From: a virus
Strand: one strand, 5' to 3'
IMG/VR virus record: IMGVR_UViG_3300050501_000425
Length of the DNA stretch: 53,102 nucleotides
Shown: one piece after another, positions 7,984-14,626 of the stretch
How the letters are laid out: every line of letters starts with the position of its first letter
Position numbering within the stretch: position 1 is the first letter of the stretch
Notes under the pieces: generated by a model
Told to the model about the DNA's origin: nothing
Databases searched by the model: none
Seen by the model: the letters and a program-made list of their open reading frames with translations, nothing else
Position numbers and translations under genes: made by a program

Positions 7984-8372
7984 GCCTCACACCTGACCAT
8001 TCCGGGGCCGCCTATGGAGTCGAAGCCTTTGTCATGGTTGATCGACTTGCCGTTGCGCAAGATGATGCAGTCGATGAACTCCATCCGGGGATGGATCGAG
8101 GTGACGGTGAAGACCACCCTGACTCCCTTGGCGGCCAGGATCGTCTCACTGTAGGGGGACAGGCGGCGCCTGCGGGTGGGCATGGCAATGCCGTCCAATG
8201 TGATATTGATGAGCATTTCCCTCTGCAGGGGCAGGACCGCAGGGTCCCACTTGGACGACAGCAGAAGAGACTCATCATCATTGGTCGTATCCGTCACTGC
8301 GTACCAGGCGCCCAGGGTCGCGATGACTGCCATCATCGTGGCATAGGTCTTGATTTTTGTGATTACGCTCAT
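7980..8372 (-). CDS. Membrane-anchored protein, paralogous architecture (MmpS-like, tentative)
   Basis: Internal ATG 8372 is ATGA-coupled. TM is YATMMAVIATLGAWYAV. Contains ...FIDCIILRNGKSI... Confidence 0.5.
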   Translation of the reverse strand: MSVITKIKTYATMMAVIATLGAWYAVTDTTNDDESLLLSSKWDPAVLPLQREMLINITLDGIAMPTRRRRLSPYSETILAAKGVRVVFTVTSIHPRMEFIDCIILRNGKSINHDKGFDSIGGPGMVRCEA

Positions 8373-8773
8373 TTTCCTGAATTCCTGTATGCCGGGATCT
8401 CCACCCGGATTCCCAGCAGTGTCGCTTCGATGATGCATCCGAATGTTCCTGAGCCGGGGACCTTGCTGTGCCCCCCATCCGTGCGGGGAAAGCCCAGCAG
8501 TATATCCGTAGGACCCATGATCCGGTCCCCGACGCCGCGCAACATGCCGACATTGCGTATGGCGCCAGCCGATTTCCCGTAGCGCTCCCAGTCGGCGTAG
8601 AACACATGGTGGGAGATCTTGTTGTCCTGGCACCATTTGAGGGTGAACAGATCGGCCCCCGCCGCGTCCCCCACTCTGATGTGCAACGGGAACGGTCCCC
8701 GGAAGTTGTTCAGCTGGGCCCGGATGAAAGCGCTATCGGTGTGATGGCGCCACCCGGTCACCGCTATGATCAT
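8369..8773 (-). CDS. DUF2493 / SLOG-family protein
   Basis: MIIAVTGWRHH...VGDAAGADLFTLKWC...FYADWERYGKSAGAIRNVGML...GTFGCIIEATLLGIRV matches the DUF2493 pattern. RBS is GGAGAGAGG. Confidence 0.7.
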   Translation of the reverse strand: MIIAVTGWRHHTDSAFIRAQLNNFRGPFPLHIRVGDAAGADLFTLKWCQDNKISHHVFYADWERYGKSAGAIRNVGMLRGVGDRIMGPTDILLGFPRTDGGHSKVPGSGTFGCIIEATLLGIRVEIPAYRNSGK

Positions 8774-8783
8774 TCCTCTCTCC

Positions 8784-9167
8784 TTAGTCCCAGTACCATC
8801 TGCGCCACAGCCAGCGCTGACTCGGTGCATCCTGGTACGAATCGATGTCTTCCCGGTCGCCCGGGGCCGTCTTGATCCAGTTGCTGATCAGCCGCCGCAC
8901 CGCCATCCGGGCGCGCCCTTCCTGGCCGGGATGAGTGCGCCGCCAGCCACTGCGGCCGAAGATCTTCTCGTAGTCCTTGTGCTTGGGCCACCACTCGCAG
9001 TTGGCGTGGTCGCGGCGCCCACGGGGTATGGGCATCGGGAAGTCGATGTCACACCCCCGCTCCTGCCACAGCTTGCCGTGGTGGCGGTGAAAAGCCCTCA
9101 GCCTGTAAGGGAACAGGGGATCACGCACCTGTACCCAGTAGGGCCTGTCCTTGTCCGTGCGGGACAT
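8784..9167 (-). CDS. Hypothetical Trp/Arg-rich protein (127 aa)
   Basis: ORF track. Strong RBS ctaAGGAGGAatcATG. Confidence 0.7.
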   Translation of the reverse strand: MSRTDKDRPYWVQVRDPLFPYRLRAFHRHHGKLWQERGCDIDFPMPIPRGRRDHANCEWWPKHKDYEKIFGRSGWRRTHPGQEGRARMAVRRLISNWIKTAPGDREDIDSYQDAPSQRWLWRRWYWD

Positions 9168-9174
9168 GATTCCT

Positions 9175-9192
9175 CCTTAGGTCAACCTAAGG
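9175..9192. promoter_or_regulatory. Perfect inverted repeat overlapping the RBS of gene 8784..9167
   Basis: CCTTAGG-TCAA-CCTAAGG (7-bp arms). Next to it is TTGACATGACAT (minus sense, 9195-9206). Confidence 0.35.
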
Positions 9193-9471
9193 CCATGTCA
9201 TGTCAACTCCTTTCCGGTGCCCATGGGAGAGCACCATGACACCGCGCCGTCGGGTCCTGGATCGCCAGGAAACGCTTTGTGTCATGGTGCTCATGGTGAA
9301 CGGCTTCGCTGCCGCTCAGCCCGAACATCAAGCTCGCTTCGCTCGCTTGATGAAGGCGCAGGTACGGCTCCCCGGTCCATGCCGCCCAGAGTGTCGAAGA
9401 AGCAACATGGTGGATCATGACCGTCCTTGCCCGACAAAGACAGAACTAGGAAAACGGGTTTGACGCCTTCG

Positions 9472-9543
9472 TGCCCTCGGCTGGGTTCGAACCAGCGTCC
9501 TCGCCGTGCTCTTGGCGCGCTCATCCCACTGAGCTACGGGGGC
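9472..9543 (-). ncRNA. tRNA-like RNA (72 nt) with a defective anticodon arm
   Basis: Minus sense: GCCCCCG UA GCUC AGUGGGAU GAGC ... GCUGG UUCGAAC CCAGC CGAGGGC A. D and T arms are canonical. The acceptor has one C.A mismatch. The anticodon arm is only a 4-bp stem (CGCC/GGCG) with loop AAGAGCAC and no U33. No CCA is encoded. Confidence 0.6.
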
Positions 9544-9544
9544 G

Positions 9545-9634
9545 TTATTCGACAACGAACTCCACGACGAACCAGATCCATGCCACCGCCGCCGCGACGA
9601 ACAGCACGATCAGCCACTCGGCCTTGTGCTTCAT
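9545..9634 (-). CDS. Micro membrane ORF (29 aa)
   Basis: MKHKAEWLIVLFVAAAVAWIWFVVEFVVE. ATGA-coupled to the next micro-ORF. Confidence 0.45.
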   Translation of the reverse strand: MKHKAEWLIVLFVAAAVAWIWFVVEFVVE

Positions 9635-9753
9635 CGATCCATCATCCATTCCATCTGGGTGTAGAGCATGAAGCCCCACAGCGCCAGCCAGGCGAACACG
9701 GCGCGCGTGGTCCACTTCAACACCAGGTCGGGCAATGTGTTTCTGTTTTTCAT
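9631..9753 (-). CDS. Micro membrane ORF (40 aa)
   Basis: MKNRNTLPDLVLKWTTRAVFAWLALWGFMLYTQMEWMMDR. RBS AGGAGG lies 7 nt upstream. Confidence 0.5.
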   Translation of the reverse strand: MKNRNTLPDLVLKWTTRAVFAWLALWGFMLYTQMEWMMDR

Positions 9754-9765
9754 GATGTCACCTCC

Positions 9766-9852
9766 TCAGTCTCGGTGCTTGCCGATCCTGGCGATCGCGC
9801 ATCCGAGAACGTACAACAGGATCAGTATGACGATTGCCGCCGCGAACTCCAT
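9766..9852 (-). CDS. Micro membrane ORF (28 aa)
   Basis: MEFAAAIVILILLYVLGCAIARIGKHRD. RBS AGGAGG. Confidence 0.5.
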   Translation of the reverse strand: MEFAAAIVILILLYVLGCAIARIGKHRD

Positions 9853-9911
9853 GCCGACCTCCTATGATCAAAGGACCAGGGGTGTGGCAGCACCCCCGGA
9901 TCCCGCCGCCG

Positions 9912-9998
9912 TCAGTGGCGGATGAACACGCCGTCGATGAACGCGGCGACGAAAAACAGGACCACTATTCCACCGGCGATCCATAGAAGCTTCTTCAT
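9912..9998 (-). CDS. Micro membrane ORF (28 aa)
   Basis: MKKLLWIAGGIVVLFFVAAFIDGVFIRH. RBS AGGAGGGAGG. Confidence 0.5.
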   Translation of the reverse strand: MKKLLWIAGGIVVLFFVAAFIDGVFIRH

Positions 9999-10014
9999 AG
10001 TCACCTCCCTCCTT

Positions 10015-10092
10015 TCACTGATTCCAGAACACCCAGACCGTCAAGATCAGCAGCCCGAAAGCCCCGATGGCCTTGAATAGATCTGCCCACAT
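10015..10092 (-). CDS. Micro membrane ORF (25 aa)
   Basis: MWADLFKAIGAFGLLILTVWVFWNQ. ATGA-coupled to 10092..10418. Confidence 0.45.
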   Translation of the reverse strand: MWADLFKAIGAFGLLILTVWVFWNQ

Positions 10093-10418
10093 CACTTACC
10101 GCCGGGGATCGGGATGTTGTCGGGAACATCGACCTTGGGGTCATCGACGAAGTCCAGGATCGCGAACCCCGGCCCGCTGGCCAGCCAGCCGATGAGCAAC
10201 AGCATGGAGATGATCCCGAAGGTCATTCCCACACCCTTCTTTCCGGCCTTGAACGCGATCATTGAGAACACCCCCAGCCCGATGGCGATCAAGAGCGCCA
10301 AATCTTTCACCTCCCCTCCTGCTTCATCCGCAGTACCGGCTACTGGTCCACCCTGACGGCCACCAGGAATGATCCCGTAAACCGAGGCGGGAATTTCACC
10401 CGCGAACCACCTACCCAT
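10092..10418 (-). CDS. Membrane protein (108 aa or shorter)
   Basis: ORF track. Two hydrophobic helices (LALLIAIGLGVFSMIAF, FGIISMLLLIGWLA). The start is uncertain; an internal GTG after GGAGGGGAG is possible. Confidence 0.55.
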   Translation of the reverse strand: MGRWFAGEIPASVYGIIPGGRQGGPVAGTADEAGGEVKDLALLIAIGLGVFSMIAFKAGKKGVGMTFGIISMLLLIGWLASGPGFAILDFVDDPKVDVPDNIPIPGGK

Positions 10419-10426
10419 GTCCGTGT

Positions 10427-10558
10427 TTATGACTTGACCAGAAACGTTCCCCAGCCGAACAGGCCTGCGAACAACAGCACGACAAGCGCTTGTTTCGGTT
10501 TCTTCGCGACCAAGAGGGCTATTCCTATCAGGAGTAGCACCCCACTTAGGTATCCCAT
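10427..10558 (-). CDS. Small 2-TM membrane protein (43 aa)
   Basis: MGYLSGVLLLIGIALLVAKKPKQALVVLLFAGLFGWGTFLVKS. TAATG coupling to the vWA gene. Confidence 0.5.
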   Translation of the reverse strand: MGYLSGVLLLIGIALLVAKKPKQALVVLLFAGLFGWGTFLVKS

Positions 10559-11625
10559 TACTTGAGCACCAGCACCTTCGTGCCGACCACCAGGTGGCGG
10601 TTGACCGAGGTGGACTGGACGAAGATGGTGTACTTGTCGTTGAAGTCCGGCGCCACCGACTTGTCGCCGTCGGGCAGCCCGATCATCGCTCGGACCCCGT
10701 CGCCGACGAACACTTTGCTCGTGGCGATCTCCAAGATGGCCAGCTTCTTGTTGCCCTGGATGCGTTCTTTCTTGGACAGCTGGTAGAACACTGAGCCGAC
10801 GGTGAAGCTCCCGGTGGCATGGCGCACGAAGTCCGAGATCTCCCAGACCAGGTGCTTGTCCTTGTTCTCGACACCCTGCCCGCGATCCCGGCGCGGCCTG
10901 GTCACCGGCACCAACACGTAGGCGGAGCTGTCGAGCGGCTTGAGTCCGGCCGCCTTGATGGTGGCGGCATTGACCGCATCGGCGGCCGTGGAGAACAGGG
11001 TCCTGGTGCCGGTCTGGCCGGCGGAGCGCATCGCCATGTAGGTGTCCACGGAGGCGGCCATGGCGACACCGACCTCTTCGACGCCGGTGGCACTGTTGAC
11101 GTCCCAGATGGCGATGTTGCCCACGGGGAAGCCGAAGGACTGGGCGTAGTTCTTGCCGATCGCGTCGGGTACCAGGCAGGCCAGGGTCCACTCGGGGCCC
11201 AGGGATGCCAGCAGGCCCGGAAGGGCGATCTTGTTTTTGGTCCGGGACCTGTTCTCCTGGCCGTCGGTCAGGACGTAGATCAGGAAGCCATGGTCCCCGT
11301 ACTTGACCGGGGTCAACTTGAGGTCCTGTACTGCCAGGGTGGTGGCATCCACCAGCGCGGTCATCCCCGAGGTCTTCACCAGCCCGGCCAGCGACGGCAG
11401 ACGCAGCACGTCCTTGTCGTAGACGATGCAGACCACTTCGTGGTTGAACAGGTAGATGGTGACCCTGGTCTCCTGCTTCAAGTCCTGGCTCATCCTGGCC
11501 AGGTGGGCAACGAGCCCGTCGGTGACCGTGATTACCTGGGACTCCTTGCCCCTCATGGAGTCACTTATGTCGATGCAGAAGGCTACGTGGTTGATGATTC
11601 CCTGATCGATCATCCTACTTGTCAT
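10558..11625 (-). CDS. von Willebrand factor type A (vWA) domain protein
   Basis: MIDAS-type DISDSM near the N-terminus (VAFCIDISDSMRG) with typical alternating beta/alpha pattern. ATG 11625 is preceded by GAGAGGGGA. Confidence 0.7.
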   Translation of the reverse strand: MTSRMIDQGIINHVAFCIDISDSMRGKESQVITVTDGLVAHLARMSQDLKQETRVTIYLFNHEVVCIVYDKDVLRLPSLAGLVKTSGMTALVDATTLAVQDLKLTPVKYGDHGFLIYVLTDGQENRSRTKNKIALPGLLASLGPEWTLACLVPDAIGKNYAQSFGFPVGNIAIWDVNSATGVEEVGVAMAASVDTYMAMRSAGQTGTRTLFSTAADAVNAATIKAAGLKPLDSSAYVLVPVTRPRRDRGQGVENKDKHLVWEISDFVRHATGSFTVGSVFYQLSKKERIQGNKKLAILEIATSKVFVGDGVRAMIGLPDGDKSVAPDFNDKYTIFVQSTSVNRHLVVGTKVLVLK

Positions 11626-11642
11626 CGGTTTCCCCTCTCTCT

Positions 11643-11894
11643 TCAACTCTCGAACCAGATCCCCGTGATGTTTCCTTCAGGGCCTGTACACCACCAGGTG
11701 CTCCTGCCGCCCTCGTCACAGTACTGGTGATGCCGGTGGACGCTACCACCGGACGCCCTGCACGACTTGGCGTCGGCATGCTCACCGGCCGTCGGTGCCG
11801 GACTCTGGCAACCCGGCAGCAGCAAGGACAGCGTTATCCACAAAGACACGGCAAAGGCTGCCCACAGCACTATGGGAACGACTCTTTTGCGCAT
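11643..11894 (-). CDS. Putative lipoprotein (83 aa)
   Basis: Signal peptide plus lipobox: MRKRVVPIVLWAAFAVSLWITLSLLLPGC. Confidence 0.6.
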   Translation of the reverse strand: MRKRVVPIVLWAAFAVSLWITLSLLLPGCQSPAPTAGEHADAKSCRASGGSVHRHHQYCDEGGRSTWWCTGPEGNITGIWFES

Positions 11895-11896
11895 CC

Positions 11897-11998
11897 CTAT
11901 GGCCGCCAGCCGCACACGACTATGGCGATCAGGAAGACCACCAGCCCGGCGCCGCTGATGACCAAAAACTTGGCCTCCCAGTCAAGCCTACTCCACAT
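11897..11998 (-). CDS. Micro membrane ORF (33 aa)
   Basis: MWSRLDWEAKFLVISGAGLVVFLIAIVVCGWRP. RBS AGAGGAGAAG. Confidence 0.5.
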   Translation of the reverse strand: MWSRLDWEAKFLVISGAGLVVFLIAIVVCGWRP

Positions 11999-12197
11999 AG
12001 GACTTCTCCTCTTGTTTGATGCGTGCCGGTGGAACCGTGACAGGAAGCCCTTGATCCCTGTTGTCCCACGGGGCTAGCCCCACCGGCACGACTTTCATGA
12101 CTTCGGGGATGGACGTCACGTCCAGGGCGCCGTGGCCATAATGGATGCCCAGGTCTGGCTCACCTGGCGGACCGAACCTTTACGGTCGCACCCATCG

Positions 12198-12270
12198 CTG
12201 CCAGGGCAGGAGTCGAACCTGCTGCTTCCACACCGTCCCGGACTGCGCAGTCAAGCGGGACATCCTGGCA
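12198..12270 (-). ncRNA. tRNA-sized mimic (73 nt): acceptor plus T arm, with D and anticodon arms replaced by one long hairpin
   Basis: UGCCAGG ... GCAGG UUCGACU CCUGC CCUGGCA G has a perfect 7-bp acceptor and a canonical T arm. Positions 10-36 form GUCCCG-CUU-GACU-GCGC-AGUC-C-CGGGAC. It is followed by a degenerate copy of the GGUGCGA motif (about 12165-12195). Confidence 0.5.
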
Positions 12271-12509
12271 TTGCTCCGTGGTGAGTGTCTGGGCCTCGCC
12301 CAGATGCCCCGAGCCCAAAGCGGGAGCACCCCAAACCCCAGTCCAGGATCCTTGGCCTGGAGATTGCTTTACCACGGATCTTTGGTGAAGAGTCCTTATC
12401 CCATCATTGTCGGACGCTGCTTACGCCAGCCCGACTCCGGAATGATGTCGCGTACATCATCTCCAGTCCTAGAACGCGCGTATCTTCGGCTGTGACTTCG
12501 GACTCTCCG

Positions 12510-12593
12510 TGGGGAGGCAGGATTCGAACCTGCGCAAGGGCAACCACATCATTGTGGATTCGGTACCAACTCCTCATTACGCCTACGTCCCCT
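12510..12593 (-). ncRNA. Aberrant tRNA-like RNA
   Basis: Canonical T arm GCAGG UUCGAAU CCUGC. Acceptor is partial (5 of 7 bp). The anticodon-position hairpin CCAC-AAUGAU-GUGG has a 6-nt loop. I could not draw a clean D arm. Confidence 0.4.
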
Positions 12594-12725
12594 TGACTCG
12601 GTGGCACAGTGAACATCCAGGCGAAGCCCGTGATCCGTTGTCTGGATGCTGGATCCACTTAGTGCCACCGGTTTGTTACTAGCATCGGGGCTACGGTCTC
12701 GACCGCGCCGGGGCGCCGAGCTACG

Positions 12726-12798
12726 CTGACCCAGCAGGACTCGAACCTGCAACCTGATGATTAACAGCCACCTGCGCTGCCGATTGCGCCATGGGTCA
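12726..12798 (-). tRNA. tRNA-Asn (anticodon GUU)
   Basis: Full cloverleaf drawn by hand. Acceptor UGACCCA/UGGGUCA, U8, D arm GCGC-AAUCGGCA-GCGC, anticodon arm GGUGG-CUGUUAA-UCAUC, variable AGGUU, T arm GCAGG-UUCGAGU-CCUGC, discriminator G. No CCA is encoded. Confidence 0.85.
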
Positions 12799-13028
12799 AG
12801 ATGCCGGTGACAGCCCATGACCAAGACTGCCACCGGCGTACGACTGTTTCGGGGACCGCCAGTCGCCAGCGGTCTGTGAGCCCGGATAGGAACGGGCACC
12901 CCGGCGGGAGATGAGTCTTTGGTTGTGGCCATGCAGCTTTGCGTCCCCATGGCCACCATGGACGTCCCAGTCCAATGGGAGTCTTAGTGATTAAGCCTGC
13001 GAAGCAGGTCTGGGATGAACGAAGTGAA

Positions 13029-13172
13029 GACCTCAGAGTTCAAGGGCTGTCTCGGAAATGGGAGCGGACTCGAACCGCCAACCTTCCGGTCTCAACCGGA
13101 CGCTCTACCAATTGAGCTACCCCGATGAATTGTTGGTATCGGGAAGTATCCGAAACATTCGCACCTGAGATC
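13029..13172 (-). ncRNA. Y RNA-like module F (normal-order tRNA-like cloverleaf inside the conserved stem)
   Basis: GAUCUCA-GGUGCGA-AUGUUU-CGGAUACUUC ... GCUC-AAUUGGUA-GAGC G UCCGG-UUGAGAC-CCGGA AGGUU GGCGG-UUCGAGU-CCGCU ... CUUGAACUC-UGAGGUC. The closing stem is 7 bp with one G.U. Confidence 0.7.
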
Positions 13173-13630
13173 GTAGATCTTTGGGCTGGTTGGGTGCCAG
13201 AAGTTCTGACCAGCATCCTGGTCACTAAGTGAGATAAGGACCATCATTCTGGCCACTAAGTGCTTGGGTGGGGACGCCGGAACCTTTCCCTAGGGAGGTC
13301 CGTTCTCTTTTTCCATCTTCTACTAGCGCGCATGATGCGCCTGTTCCTTTGCGCCAGCACGTGTTCGTCAGGGGGCGACCGCCTGGGCGTCTGGCATCCC
13401 CACGTCTTTGTGCACCGTTTTTGGGCCACCTACGGTGCCAGAGGTGCCGTTGGCACGAGAGTACCGCCCGTCTTCACCGGCGAGGATGAAGTCTTTGGTG
13501 GACCACGGAAACCCGCAAGAGTCAGCCGCACGAAACGACTGCTTTTGTCTAACCCGTGGCCCTTTGCCGCCCCCCTATGAATGGGCAGCGTTCCCAATCG
13601 CATTGCCTTCTACAGCAATGAACTTTTTGT

Positions 13631-13781
13631 GATTGCAGAGTTCAAGATTGTCTCGGGCTTGTTCAAAAAGACCGCTGCTCGTACCAGCTGAGCTACAGAA
13701 GCCGATGGCCCCCAGGGGGACTTGAACCCCCGACCTGCGGTTTGTGAATTCGAAGTATCCGAAACTGTCGCACCTGCAATC
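13631..13781 (-). ncRNA. Y RNA-like module E (permuted tRNA-like domain)
   Basis: GAUUGCA-GGUGCGA-CAGUUU-CGGAUACUUC-GAAUUCACAA-ACCGC-AGGUC-GGGGG-UUCAAGU-CCCCC-UGGGGGC-CAUCG-GCUUCUG-UA-GCUC-AGCUGGUAC-GAGC-A-GCGGU-...-CUUGAACUC-UGCAAUC. The closing stem is a perfect 7 bp. The acceptor is loop-closed. Confidence 0.75.
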
Positions 13782-14141
13782 TGGATCCCGACCATCCGGC
13801 AGTCGGTGTCCAAGACCATGCCCCACGAGGGAACACGGTGGGTGATTCTTGCTCTGGCCACACCATTCGCCACCAGTCGCCGCGATTGGATAGGACCGGT
13901 GTGGCCAGAAGTCTTGGTGGATGCCCCCGGCATTCCTGAACGGGGGCATCCGTTTCCCCACCTGACAAGGAGGGAAGCTTGTGGGCGGGGGTGTCAGTAC
14001 TGAGCACTTTCGTGAGTCTGCTTCCAGGCGACCCCTGCGACATCGCACACCGAGGTGTGCGCGGCGACCGTGGCCATCCATGCCAGGTCTTTCACCTGGA
14101 CCCCCATTTCCAGCCGCCCTGTCAGGAGCCGGAAGTTTGTT

Positions 14142-14281
14142 GATTCCCGAGTTCAGGGGTGGCGCGGAAATTTTAGCGCTCTACCACTTGAGCTACAGCC
14201 CGAAGAGTCGGGCCGTCAGGATTCGAACCTGAAACCTCTCGTTCCCAAAACGAAGTAACCGTGCCGATCGCACCGGGAATC
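14142..14281 (-). ncRNA. Y RNA-like module D (permuted tRNA-like domain)
   Basis: GAUUCCC-GGUGCGA-UCGGCA-CGGUUACUUC-GU-UUUGG-GAACGAGAGGUU-UCAGG-UUCGAAU-CCUGA-CGGCCCG-ACUCUU-CGGGCUG-UA-GCUC-AAGUGGUA-GAGC-G-CUAAA-...-CUGAACUC-GGGAAUC. Both 7-bp stems are fully paired. Confidence 0.75.
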
Positions 14282-14335
14282 ACAGATTCCTTCGCGCATA
14301 AGGCGTAGCCGTTGCGTCGGGAATCAAAGCTTTGT

Positions 14336-14462
14336 GGTGTCGGAGTTCATGGTTGTCGCGGGGAGCCCCTAGCCATAGGGCAGTCATCACCACGGGGGTG
14401 ACGGGTGGATTCGAACCATCAATCGTTGTCACGAAGTAACCGCAACATTCGCACCCGACATC
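14336..14462 (-). ncRNA. Y RNA-like module C (permuted tRNA-like domain)
   Basis: GAUGUCG-GGUGCGA-AUGUUG-CGGUUACUUC-...-GAUGG-UUCGAAU-CCACC-CGUCACC-CCCGU-GGUGAUG-ACU-GCCC-UAUGGCUAG-GGGC-...-AUGAACUC-CGACACC. The closing stem is 6 of 7 bp. Confidence 0.7.
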
Positions 14463-14474
14463 AAAAGTTATTAT

Positions 14475-14580
14475 CTGCCACGAGTTCAGGGTTCATTCGG
14501 AATGGTGTTGCTTTCCGGGGTTCTCACATCCCGGGTATATCCACTGGTGAGAAGTATCCGAACAATTCGCACCGTGGCGC
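14475..14580 (-). ncRNA. Y RNA-like module B (no tRNA-like domain)
   Basis: GCGCCAC-GGUGCGA-AUUGUU-CGGAUACUUC ... CUGAACUC-GUGGCAG. The closing stem is only 5 bp. There is an internal hairpin CCGGG/CCCGG and no T-loop box. Confidence 0.55.
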
Positions 14581-14626
14581 GAAAGTCAATGTAGTTGTCA
14601 ACAAACAGCAGGGTCATGAGCGCCCG

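Noticed and set aside
9203-9418. A 71-aa minus-strand ORF between the tRNA-like element and gene 8784..9167.
   Set aside because: The RBS is weak and codon bias is mixed. It contains an 8-bp inverted repeat (CATCAAGC...GCTTGATG). It could equally be a leader or ncRNA, so I did not call it.
13631-14462. Permuted tRNA halves explained as permuted intron-exon (group I) or split/permuted tRNA genes that are circularised and re-cut.
   Set aside because: No group I core (P3-P9, G-binding site) is recognisable, and the flanks are too short, for example 54 nt between modules C and D. The flanks instead form a conserved helix resembling a Ro-binding site next to a Ro60 gene. I cannot fully exclude processing into functional tRNAs.
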